Origin: Candidatus Zixiibacteriota bacterium
GTDB taxonomy: Bacteria > RBG-13-66-14 > B26-G2 > WVWN01
NCBI GenBank assembly: GCA_050117845.1
Contig: JASFLY010000014.1
Span: 1 to 64,000 of the forward strand
Length of the DNA: 64,000 bases
Direction: 5' to 3'
Each line of letters starts with the position of its first letter. Within the stretch, counting starts at the first letter, position 1. Below, piece by piece: positions 1 through 8,342 of this stretch. The notes beneath the pieces are model-generated. The model did no database searches. It saw only the letters and a list, made by a program, of their open reading frames with translations, and was not told the DNA's origin. The translations under genes and the position numbers were made by a program.

Positions 1-45
1 CATGGGGGGGCCGTTGGGGGGCCATTGGGGGGGGGGCCTTTCCCC

Positions 46-74
46 TTGCCCCCGCCCCGTAACTCTGGTATATT
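46..74 (+). promoter_or_regulatory. sigma70-type promoter for tRNA-Leu
   Basis: TTGCCC (46-51), 17-bp spacer, TG-n-TATATT (69-74), 10 bp upstream of the tRNA. Confidence 0.7.
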
Positions 75-83
75 ATCCCCCGC

Positions 84-168
84 GCCGGAGTGGTGGAACA
101 GGTAGACGCAAGGGACTCAAAATCCCTCGGAGCTTTGCTCCGTGCGGGTTCGATTCCCGCCTCCGGCA
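84..168 (+). tRNA. tRNA-Leu (CAA)
   Basis: Acceptor stem GCCGGAG/CTCCGGC, anticodon arm AGGGA-CT-CAA-AA-TCCCT, long variable arm, GGTTCGATTCC T-loop; 3' CCA not encoded (ACA follows). Confidence 0.96.
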
Positions 169-174
169 CAAATG

Positions 175-206
175 AAAACGCCGCCCCCCGCGGGGCGGCT
201 TTCTTT
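175..206. terminator. Bidirectional intrinsic terminator between tRNA-Leu and the ImmA-like gene
   Basis: AAAAC-GCCGCCCC-CCGC-GGGGCGGC-TTTCTTT. Confidence 0.75.
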
Positions 207-717
207 ATGCGCGATAAGTTCGGCGTCTCCCGCCGACCCTCCCGTTTTCCGGGAAGCCCAGCGTCACCAATCGGTAGCCGAGCGCCTGCCGCGGCACCCC
301 CAGCCGCCGCGCGATCGTCGTGACCTTGGGCGCGGGGGAGAGGTCGCCGAGCGTGACCCACATCGAATGCAATAAGGCCGGCGGCATGAGGAGCGCCGCC
401 GCGAAGCAGTCGGCCTCCAGCTCCTCCTCCGCCCGCGACGGGCACGGGCAGCACGCGTCGCCGTGGCCCAACAGGTAATGCCCCAGCTCGTGCGCCACCG
501 TATAACGCATACGCGCCGCCGGCAGCGACGCGTTTACGAAGATAGTGCGAGCGCTCCTGACCAAGGCGCCGGCGAGGCCCTCCTCCTCCGGCTCCCAGTA
601 GACTACGTCGAGGCCCAAATGCTCTACGGCCGCGAAGACGTCGGCCGTATCGACGTGCCTCCCTGCCTTATGCATTTCGCGCCACAAGGATTCGGCTGCC
701 AGCTCTACCCTTATCAC
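205..717 (-). CDS. ImmA/IrrE family metallo-endopeptidase (Peptidase_M78)
   Basis: RYTVAHELGH (HExxH) and ELEADCFAAALLMP motifs; lies downstream of an XRE gene. Confidence 0.9.
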   Translation of the reverse strand: MIRVELAAESLWREMHKAGRHVDTADVFAAVEHLGLDVVYWEPEEEGLAGALVRSARTIFVNASLPAARMRYTVAHELGHYLLGHGDACCPCPSRAEEELEADCFAAALLMPPALLHSMWVTLGDLSPAPKVTTIARRLGVPRQALGYRLVTLGFPENGRVGGRRRTYRA

Positions 718-760
718 GCGTCAATTATACGAACGACCCCTGACAGAACCCGTCAGTTTT

Positions 761-1222
761 TTACACGGGTTCCGGAGCAGGCTCTTCTTTGCGGGTCGTG
801 AGCTTCCTCTTCTTGAGGATGAGGTACAGCTTCATCTTAAGGATGTCCTGGCGAGCCTTCTCGGAAGGCCCGTCAATGCTGAGCGGGGTCCGGTCGGGGA
901 GCTCGCGCTCGATGACGGCCTCAAGTTCGCTGCCGATGACGTCCGGGATCTGCTCCAGGATTTCGTCGTCGGGCCGGAGGAACTCCGGGGTGTCCTCGGG
1001 GAGTTCGCCGCGCAGAAGTTGGCCCGGCGGGATACCCAGGAAAGCGGACATCTTGTCGAGCGTCGAGCGTTTCGGGGAGCGCGTTTTACCGTTGAGGATC
1101 TGGTAGATCGCCTGACGGGAGAGGCCCGTCGCCCGGGCGAGGTCGCCGGCACTCAGGCCGCGGCGGGCGAGAATGTCGCGCAACACGCGGGAAAAATCCA
1201 AGTTGTCGTACATAATCGGCAT
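761..1222 (-). CDS. XRE family HTH transcriptional regulator (ImmR-like)
   Basis: LRDILARRGLSAGDLARATGLSRQAIYQILNGKTRSP is a Cro/C1-type HTH. Confidence 0.88.
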   Translation of the reverse strand: MPIMYDNLDFSRVLRDILARRGLSAGDLARATGLSRQAIYQILNGKTRSPKRSTLDKMSAFLGIPPGQLLRGELPEDTPEFLRPDDEILEQIPDVIGSELEAVIERELPDRTPLSIDGPSEKARQDILKMKLYLILKKRKLTTRKEEPAPEPV

Positions 1223-1288
1223 TGTCCTTTGTGTTAATTACCTTTCGCGTCTGTTGAGAGTTATCGAATATGTTGTTTTTATGTTTAT

Positions 1289-1318
1289 ATTTTACCCGAT
1301 GTTTGTCCGCTATGTCAA
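1289..1318 (-). promoter_or_regulatory. sigma70-type promoter for the XRE-ImmA pair
   Basis: Minus strand TTGACA (1318-1313), 18 bp, TAAAAT (1294-1289) in an AT-rich tract. Confidence 0.65.
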
Positions 1319-1472
1319 CTATTTTTTTCCGCCTTTTTCGGGTCGCTTATATGCACCTTTAATTTTATATCAGGACAAAGAACCGGGCGAAAATGGCGAG
1401 TCCGTCCCGTAGCGTAAACATATTAATATACGGGTTTACTTATGTAGGCCGGCGCGCGCCGGCCCGCGGCCC

Positions 1473-3287
1473 TCAGGACACGCCCGGCATCGCCAGCGTA
1501 CGGGCGGGCCGCGGAAGGTCGTAATCCGGTTCGGCCTCGAATTTTATCTTGTATACCTCGAAGGACCCGGAGCGGTCGGAAACGAAGACCAGCGACCGGC
1601 CGTCCCGCGAGAAACGGGGATGGAGGTCGTTGCCGGGGCCGGCCGTAAGCTGCGTCTTGCTCGAGCCGTCGGCGTTCATTACCCAAAGTTTATAAGTACC
1701 CTCCGGCGGTTTGCTGGCGTAAACCACGTAGCGGGAATCGGGCGAGGAGGCGGGCATGCGGTCGTCGGCCTCGGGGCCCGTGAGGCGGCGTCGCTTGCCC
1801 CCTTTATCGTCGGAGTAGAAGACGTCCCAGTTGTCGTAGCGGTCGGACGCGAAGAGGATCCGGCTGCCGTCGCCGCTGAAGGCCGGGTCTATTTCATTAT
1901 AAAAAGTCTCGGCCACGGGGCGCTCCTGCCGGCCGCGGGGCGTCATCACCCACACGTCGAAGTTCTCGGTGCCGCCGGCCGCGGCCTTGCGGGAGGCCAC
2001 GAGGCGGTCGCCGTTGAAGTCGTAGCGTGGCGGGCCGTACGCGCCGCGGCTCTTCGTAATCTGCGTGTACTCGCCGTGGACGCGCTCGCAGGTCCAGATT
2101 TCGTTGCCGCCGCTCCGCCCCGAAACGAAGGAGATGTGGACGCCGTCGGGCGAACAGGCCGGCGCGGCGTCGGGCACCGGGGCCCGGGATATCTGGCGCA
2201 GGTCCTTGCCGGCCGCCGTCACTTCGTACAAGTGGTCGATCCCCTCCCGTTTGAAACGGCCGTGGAATATGACGTACCGGCCCGTGGCGTCGAAATCGGC
2301 GACCGGAGCCTCGGTGCTGATAAGGCCCTCCGTCAGCCGGCCCACCCGCTTGACGACCAGCTCCACCGGCGGCCCCTCCTCCGCGGGGCCGGACTCCTCC
2401 GCCGCGACCTCGTTGCCCGTGGGCACCGCGGCCCCGCTCTTCGACCCGAGGACCAGGCCCTTTTCCTCCACGACGATAAGGACCGGCGGCTCGAGCTTCC
2501 CGATGAGGCGGTGCCGGGCCAGGTCTCCACCGGCCAGCACCGGGATGTCCATGTAGGACGCCTGAGCCAATTTGGTGGCGGCGGCGGTCGAGCCGCCCAG
2601 CATTACCGGCAGAATCTCGAATTCCGCCGTTCCGAGGTCGTCGGCCAGGTATTGCAGGGCGCTGAGGATGTCGCGGCGCTTCTCGTCGTCGACGTCGAAA
2701 ACGTAGACGTAAGTTTTGCGTTTCCGGAGGCTGTTCGCCCGGAGGTTGTAAACTTTTCCGTCGGAGGCGGGGAGAATGAGTTCGGGGAGTAACTCGCCCT
2801 CGGTGGGGGGGCCGGGGGGGCCCGCGTCGTACCGGATACTCAAATCGGCGGCCGCGGCTATCGCGTCCGGGACGTCGCGGCGCCGCTTCAGGACGTTGCC
2901 GTGGCGGCTCAGGCACAGCGTCATGGGCAGTTTGCCCTCGTCGCCCAGGACGTCGGCCGGGACGCCGCCCCGGCCGGCGAAGACCGGAAAGGACATCCCC
3001 TCGCGGAGTTTGGCGAGGTTCTCGGGTTTTTCGCCGTAGACCACGGCCGTTACCGCGGCCTCGCTTTGCAGTTCGGCCGCGAGGAAGCGCAGGAGGCGGA
3101 GTTGGGGGCCCACGTCGGCCACGCGGGGCGACGTGAGCAGGACGACGGCCGGCTTCCCGGCGGTCGCCTCTTCGACGGTCCGGCCGGCGCCGTCCGTGCC
3201 CTCCACGCCGGCGAGGACGCCGGCGGCGGCCGGAGCCGCGAGCGCCGCGGCGGCGAGCGCGGCCGTTACAATGCGTTTAGCGCTCAT
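1473..3287 (-). CDS. Secreted protein with redoxin-like domains and a C-terminal TolB-like (PD40) beta-propeller
   Basis: Start moved to MSAKRIV (signal peptide). LPELILPASDGKVYNL is redoxin-like; repeated P-x-(F/S)SPDG..(I/V).F.S.R.G..(E/D)I(W/Y) PD40 motifs. Confidence 0.8.
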   Translation of the reverse strand: MSAKRIVTAALAAAALAAPAAAGVLAGVEGTDGAGRTVEEATAGKPAVVLLTSPRVADVGPQLRLLRFLAAELQSEAAVTAVVYGEKPENLAKLREGMSFPVFAGRGGVPADVLGDEGKLPMTLCLSRHGNVLKRRRDVPDAIAAAADLSIRYDAGPPGPPTEGELLPELILPASDGKVYNLRANSLRKRKTYVYVFDVDDEKRRDILSALQYLADDLGTAEFEILPVMLGGSTAAATKLAQASYMDIPVLAGGDLARHRLIGKLEPPVLIVVEEKGLVLGSKSGAAVPTGNEVAAEESGPAEEGPPVELVVKRVGRLTEGLISTEAPVADFDATGRYVIFHGRFKREGIDHLYEVTAAGKDLRQISRAPVPDAAPACSPDGVHISFVSGRSGGNEIWTCERVHGEYTQITKSRGAYGPPRYDFNGDRLVASRKAAAGGTENFDVWVMTPRGRQERPVAETFYNEIDPAFSGDGSRILFASDRYDNWDVFYSDDKGGKRRRLTGPEADDRMPASSPDSRYVVYASKPPEGTYKLWVMNADGSSKTQLTAGPGNDLHPRFSRDGRSLVFVSDRSGSFEVYKIKFEAEPDYDLPRPARTLAMPGVS

Positions 3288-3471
3288 GGCGTAAGAATTT
3301 TCCAAGTAACATAGCACGGACCGGCCTCGTTTACAACGCCGAAAACCTAATTTGGCGCATAAAAATCCGACCGACGTGGCGGTGGGGCAGGCCGGCGATT
3401 TGCCTTGCCCCCGCGAAGGGCCGATGTTATAAGTATATCCTTTTCTCTTGGGCCTTTTTAAGGAGGTAAAA

Positions 3472-4788
3472 ATGGCCACACGTACCGTGATTATGGGCGC
3501 CGCCGGGCGCGATTTCCACAATTTCAACGTATATTTCCGCGATAATGACGCCTATGAAGTCGTCGCCTTCACCGCGACGCAGATTCCGGACATTGCCGGT
3601 CGGGCGTACCCGGCTCCCCTCGCGGGCAAATTATACCCCCAGGGGATACCCATAGTCCCGGAGGAAGACCTCCCGGGCCTCATCAAAGAGAAGGAAATCG
3701 ACCAGGTGGTCTTCGCCTACAGCGACGTGCCCTACGATTACCTGATGCACCGGGCCTCGCTCGTGAACGCGGCGGGGGCGGACTTCGTCCTTCTGGGCGA
3801 GCGCGGCACGTCTATAAAGTCCTCCAAACCGGTTATCGCCATTTGCGCCGTGCGCACCGGCGCCGGGAAGAGCCAGACCACGCGGCGGGTGGTGGAGGTC
3901 CTGGACGCGGCCGGCAAGAGCGTCGCCGTCATCCGGCACCCCATGCCCTACGGCGACCTGGTGGCCCAGGAGGCCCAGCGCTTCGGCACCTACGACGACC
4001 TCGAGGCGGCGGATTGCACCATCGAGGAGCGCGAGGAATACGAGCCGCACCTCGCCCACGGCCACGTCGTCTTCGCCGGCGTCGATTACGGGAAGATACT
4101 CAAGATGGCGGAGGCCGAGGCCGACGTCGTCATATGGGACGGCGGCAACAACGACACCCCCTTCTACGTGCCCGACCTCCATATCGTCGTGGCGGACCCG
4201 CTGCGGCCGGGCCACGAGCTCGCGTACTACCCCGGCGAGACCAACGTGCGGCTGGCCGACGTCGTGGTCATAAATAAAATAGATTCGGCCAAGCCTGCCG
4301 ACGTCGAGACCGTGAAAGCCAACGTGGCTGCGGTAAACCCGAACGCGATAATCGTCGAGGCCGAGTCGGTCGTTACGGTGGACGACCCGGCGGCCATCGC
4401 CGGCAAGAAGGTCCTCTGCGTCGAGGACGGCCCCACCCTCACCCACGGCGAGATGGAGTACGGCGCCGCGGTCGTGGCGGCCCAGCGGGCGGACGTCGCG
4501 GAACTCGTCGACCCCCGGCCCCACCTCGTCGGCTCGCTCAAGGCCACCTTCGAGAAGTACCCGCACATCGGCGCTTTAGTGCCGGCGATGGGCTACGGCG
4601 ACGACATGGTCGCCGACCTCGAGGCCACCATCAACGCCACGCCGGCGGACGTCATCGTCGCCGGGACGCCCATCGACCTGGGCCGGATCGTGAACGCCAA
4701 TAAGCCCATCGTCCGGGTCCGCTACGACCTGAAGGTCGTCGGCAGCCCCAACCTCGAATCCATCGTTCGGGAACGGCTGGGCCTGTAA
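3472..4788 (+). CDS. arcE: cDPG-synthetase-like P-loop protein (COG2403), probable arginine synthetase ArcE
   Basis: AGGAGG SD then ATG. GAAGRDFHNFN, AVRTGAGKSQT, WDGGNND and VEDGPTLTHG motifs; directly upstream of carbamate kinase. Confidence 0.75.
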   Translation: MATRTVIMGAAGRDFHNFNVYFRDNDAYEVVAFTATQIPDIAGRAYPAPLAGKLYPQGIPIVPEEDLPGLIKEKEIDQVVFAYSDVPYDYLMHRASLVNAAGADFVLLGERGTSIKSSKPVIAICAVRTGAGKSQTTRRVVEVLDAAGKSVAVIRHPMPYGDLVAQEAQRFGTYDDLEAADCTIEEREEYEPHLAHGHVVFAGVDYGKILKMAEAEADVVIWDGGNNDTPFYVPDLHIVVADPLRPGHELAYYPGETNVRLADVVVINKIDSAKPADVETVKANVAAVNPNAIIVEAESVVTVDDPAAIAGKKVLCVEDGPTLTHGEMEYGAAVVAAQRADVAELVDPRPHLVGSLKATFEKYPHIGALVPAMGYGDDMVADLEATINATPADVIVAGTPIDLGRIVNANKPIVRVRYDLKVVGSPNLESIVRERLGL

Positions 4789-4797
4789 GGGGGCGCG

Positions 4798-5775
4798 TTG
4801 GACGCGGAACTGGTCGACGGATACGAACTGGCGTGTCGGGGGCCCACGGTCGTGGCGCTGGGTGGCAACGCCGTTATCGCGAAGGGCCAGCGGGGCGACA
4901 TCTACGAGCAGTTCGCCAACACCCGCGTCTCGCTCGAGCCCTTCATTCCCCTCATAGCCGCGGGTACGCCGCTGGTGTTCACCCACGGCAACGGCCCCCA
5001 GGTGGGGGATCTCCTCCTCATGGCCGAGGCGGCCCGGGGCGTCGTTCCGACGTTGCCGCTGGGCGTCCTCGTCGCCGATACCCAGGGCCAGATGGGTTAC
5101 ATGTTCCAGCAGTCGCTCAAGAATTGCCTTATCCGCGAGGGCGTGGCGCGGGACGTCGTGACCGTTCTGACGCAGGTCGTCGTGGACCGAAACGACGAGC
5201 GAATGCAGCGTTTCACCAAACCCATAGGCCCCTTCTTCGACGAGGCCACCGCCCGCCAGCGGATGGCGGACAAGGGCGTCGTTCTCAAGGAGGACTCGGG
5301 CCGGGGCTGGCGGCGGGTGGTCCCGTCGCCCACGCCGCGCGCGATAGTTGAGGTAGACGTGATCCGCGCCCTGCTCGCCGACGGCGACGTGGTTATAGCG
5401 TGCGGCGGCGGCGGCATCCCGGTGTACTACGAGGAGGACGGCCGCCTCGAGGGCGTGGACGCCGTATGCGACAAGGACCTGGCGTCGGCCATGCTGGCGC
5501 GCGACCTCGACGCCTGCGTCTACGTGTCGGCGACGTCCGTCGAACAGGTTTATTTAAACTACAACGGGCCGGACCAGCGGCCGCTCGACGTCGTGACCGC
5601 GGCCGAGGCCCGGGAGTACCTCGCGGCCGGCCATTTCGGCGAAGGGTCGATGCGGCCCAAGGTGGCGGCCATCATTAATTTCCTCGAGAACGGCGGCAAC
5701 CTCGGCGTCGTAACGACGCCCGAACTCGTGCCGGCCGCCCTGCGGGGAGAGGCCGGGACGAGGTTCGTGCCGTAA
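4798..5775 (+). CDS. arcC: Carbamate kinase
   Basis: VVALGGNA, THGNGPQVG, PTKPIGP-like FTKPIGPF, GWRRVVPSP, GGGGIPV, DAVCDKD, GSMRPKV. Confidence 0.95.
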   Translation: MDAELVDGYELACRGPTVVALGGNAVIAKGQRGDIYEQFANTRVSLEPFIPLIAAGTPLVFTHGNGPQVGDLLLMAEAARGVVPTLPLGVLVADTQGQMGYMFQQSLKNCLIREGVARDVVTVLTQVVVDRNDERMQRFTKPIGPFFDEATARQRMADKGVVLKEDSGRGWRRVVPSPTPRAIVEVDVIRALLADGDVVIACGGGGIPVYYEEDGRLEGVDAVCDKDLASAMLARDLDACVYVSATSVEQVYLNYNGPDQRPLDVVTAAEAREYLAAGHFGEGSMRPKVAAIINFLENGGNLGVVTTPELVPAALRGEAGTRFVP

Positions 5776-5810
5776 TCTAAAACGAAATTCCGACGCAGGA
5801 GGGGCGAAGG

Positions 5811-6785
5811 ATGAGAGTGGCCCGACGTTTACTGGGGCTCGCCGCCGGGGGGACGGCGGTAATAATGGGCTGGTGCGGCTGTTCCGACGAGCCGGTGGCG
5901 ACTCCCGCCGCCCGGTGGGAACCGCCGGCGTACGTCGGCCGGTGGGGCGCGGAAGGCGAGGGCGACGGCGAGTTCGACCGGCCCGTGGACGTGGCGGTCG
6001 CGCCGAACGGCAACGTCTACGTCGCGGACTGGGGCAACGGCCGGGTGCAGTACTTCACGCCCTCCGGGTCGTTCCTCGGTAGTTGGGACCTTCTCGACCC
6101 GGCGTCTCCCGTACAGGGGCGGCCCCGGGGCCTGGCGGTCGGCCCGGGCGGCACGGTTTACGTTAGCAATTATACCGCGAGCCGCGTCGAACTCTTCTCG
6201 CCGGGCGGCGAACCCGCGGGCGTATGGGGCGAGGCCGGAGCCGAGGACGGCGATTTCTTCGGGCCCATGGGCATCGACGTTACGCCCGAAGGCCGGGTCT
6301 ACGTCGCCGACGGCCGCAACAACCGCGTTCAATACTTCTCGGCCGCCGGGTCCTTCCTCGGGAAATGGGGCCTCTACGGCCCCGAGGACGGCGAGTTCCG
6401 CGGGCCGTACGACGTGGCGGTCGCCCCCGACGGTACCGTCTACGTAGCCGACCACAACAACTCCCGCATCCAGCACTTCGACGCCGCCGGCAACTACCTC
6501 GGGAAATGGGGCGCGTACGGCGGCGAGGACGGCGAGTTCAATTACGCCACCGGCCTCGCGGCCTCGGCCGCCGGGCCCATTTACGTCGCCGACGCCGGCC
6601 TGGACCTCAAGGCCGGGAACGAGCGCATCCAGGTATTCACCCTCGCCGGCGAGTTCCTCGGGAAGTGGGGAAGGCCGGGGCTCGGGCCCTACCGCTTCGC
6701 CGCGCCTACCGGCATCGACGTCGCTCCCGACGGCACCGTGTACGTGGCCGACGCCGACAACGACCGAATCGCTTACTACCGCTAG
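5811..6785 (+). CDS. NHL-repeat 6-bladed beta-propeller lipoprotein
   Basis: Signal with GC lipobox; repeated F..P.(D/G)(V/I)AVAPDG.VYVAD..N.R(V/I)QYF. Confidence 0.88.
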   Translation: MRVARRLLGLAAGGTAVIMGWCGCSDEPVATPAARWEPPAYVGRWGAEGEGDGEFDRPVDVAVAPNGNVYVADWGNGRVQYFTPSGSFLGSWDLLDPASPVQGRPRGLAVGPGGTVYVSNYTASRVELFSPGGEPAGVWGEAGAEDGDFFGPMGIDVTPEGRVYVADGRNNRVQYFSAAGSFLGKWGLYGPEDGEFRGPYDVAVAPDGTVYVADHNNSRIQHFDAAGNYLGKWGAYGGEDGEFNYATGLAASAAGPIYVADAGLDLKAGNERIQVFTLAGEFLGKWGRPGLGPYRFAAPTGIDVAPDGTVYVADADNDRIAYYR

Positions 6786-6795
6786 GAGGTAGGCT

Positions 6796-7572
6796 ACGGG
6801 TATCTGGCTCGACGAATTACGGATTTTCGTCACCGACCTGCCGCAAACGTACGTCATCGGCGGGACCGTGGCCCTGGCCGTCTTCGCCATCTGGTGGTCG
6901 GTATTCCTGAGTCAAGCCGCGATTTCGGGCATAATCCGGGTTTTCCGATGGGGAGGCCGGCACGGCCCCTTGGGCGCCGAACTCGCCCGTAAGATGCTCG
7001 ACGCGGCGGGGGAGGCGGGCGTTAAAGTAGACGCGTCCGTCCTCGACTCCGACTTCCGGCGAAGCTTCGGCCAAATAGACTATCAGCCCGAAAGCGGCGT
7101 CCTGGAACTCACCGCGGACAAGGCCGGCGGCGCGACCATCGCGAGCGCCGGCCAGGTCGTGATGGAGGTCGGCCGGGCGCTCCAATACCGGAGCGGTTTC
7201 CCGTTGATCTCCGCGCGGCGGGTACTGACGCCTTTGGTGAACTTCGCCGGCTTCGCCTGGATTTGGCCGGGCGCCCTCGCCGGTATAATCGGTCTGTATC
7301 TCCCGGAGGCGGTCGGCCCGACGGTCGAGCGCGTTTTATACATAGCGTCGTCGTCGTTATTGGGCCTACTTCTGATCTACGTCGTGACGAAGATCCCGCT
7401 CGAATTGGACGCGGCGCGCCGCGGCGTCTCGGCGATGAAGAAGGCGCGGGTGTTCAGCGAGGGCGAGGCGGTTGCAATTCGCATCTTCCTGGGGCTGGTC
7501 CTTTTAATCTCTATGTTCACGGCCGCGCTTATAGCGCTCAACATCTTCCGGGCCACCGTATCGAAGAATTAA
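6796..7572 (+). CDS. Membrane protein of the putative neutral zinc metallopeptidase family (YugP-like), degenerate active site
   Basis: GAELARKMLD, ATIASAGQVVMEVGRALQ (family AAHEVGHALQ), PLELDAARRG. Start is either ACG 6796 after a perfect SD or GTG 6868. Confidence 0.7.
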   Translation, partial: TGIWLDELRIFVTDLPQTYVIGGTVALAVFAIWWSVFLSQAAISGIIRVFRWGGRHGPLGAELARKMLDAAGEAGVKVDASVLDSDFRRSFGQIDYQPESGVLELTADKAGGATIASAGQVVMEVGRALQYRSGFPLISARRVLTPLVNFAGFAWIWPGALAGIIGLYLPEAVGPTVERVLYIASSSLLGLLLIYVVTKIPLELDAARRGVSAMKKARVFSEGEAVAIRIFLGLVLLISMFTAALIALNIFRATVSKN

Positions 7573-7596
7573 GTCCGCGCCGGAGGCGAGAGGGGA

Positions 7597-8313
7597 ATGG
7601 CGAAGTTCGGCCGGATACTCGGTTCGGTTTCTATCTTTATTATTAGCGCCGGAGTCGCCGGAGGTGTAACCGACGACTACGCCGTCTCGCCCGACCTGGC
7701 GAAAAAAGCGGCGGTGTATGATTTCGTTAGGACATACGGGGAACATTGCCTCGAGGAAGGGTACGAGTATTTCCTGATATCTGAACCCGAGATTATTTCG
7801 TCTTACCGCGGCGAGCGCAAGTGGTACAGTTTCTATATGGTTACCGGGACGGGAGACTTGCCGACGCGGGACGAAATGATAGCTTGGGAAAGGGTTGGTA
7901 AGTACGAACCGGAGGGGGGCCATATATATCACGTACCTATTTCGGCGAGCCGGCGATATGCGCCTACCGGTTGGTATGGGGGCGGGGCGCCGCCGGAATT
8001 AAGGTGGCGTTATCGCGCGGAGGAATGTATCGTTGACGTGACCGGTGGCCGTGTCGGGGCTATTTCGGCCGCGTATTATTCCCATTGGGCAATTAACGGC
8101 GCTTTCTTTTTATACGAGGTTTACGGCCAAGAATACGTCTTTATGAGCGCGTCGAATTCTGTAAAAAACGCGGCGGAAATCAGTGAAGAGCCGCCCGGTG
8201 ACGCGGAGAAATACCGGTACCTGTGGGAGCGTATCGATAAACTCGTACCGCTCGTCGTCATCGGCGGCGAGAAGATATATTTCCGGGACGTATTGAATAA
8301 CATCTCACCGTGA
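7597..8313 (+). CDS. Secreted hypothetical protein
   Basis: GAGAGGGG SD, N-terminal signal peptide, lower GC than neighbours; no recognised domain. Confidence 0.65.
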   Translation: MAKFGRILGSVSIFIISAGVAGGVTDDYAVSPDLAKKAAVYDFVRTYGEHCLEEGYEYFLISEPEIISSYRGERKWYSFYMVTGTGDLPTRDEMIAWERVGKYEPEGGHIYHVPISASRRYAPTGWYGGGAPPELRWRYRAEECIVDVTGGRVGAISAAYYSHWAINGAFFLYEVYGQEYVFMSASNSVKNAAEISEEPPGDAEKYRYLWERIDKLVPLVVIGGEKIYFRDVLNNISP

Positions 8314-8342
8314 CGCCGCGTACGTAAGGTCCGGGTTAGATT

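Noticed and set aside
1..38. Poly-G runs resembling a G-quadruplex or short repeat
   Set aside because: Lies at the window edge; homopolymer artefact cannot be excluded and there is no context
90..375. ORFs 90..323 and 142..375
   Set aside because: They overlap the tRNA and the ImmA gene
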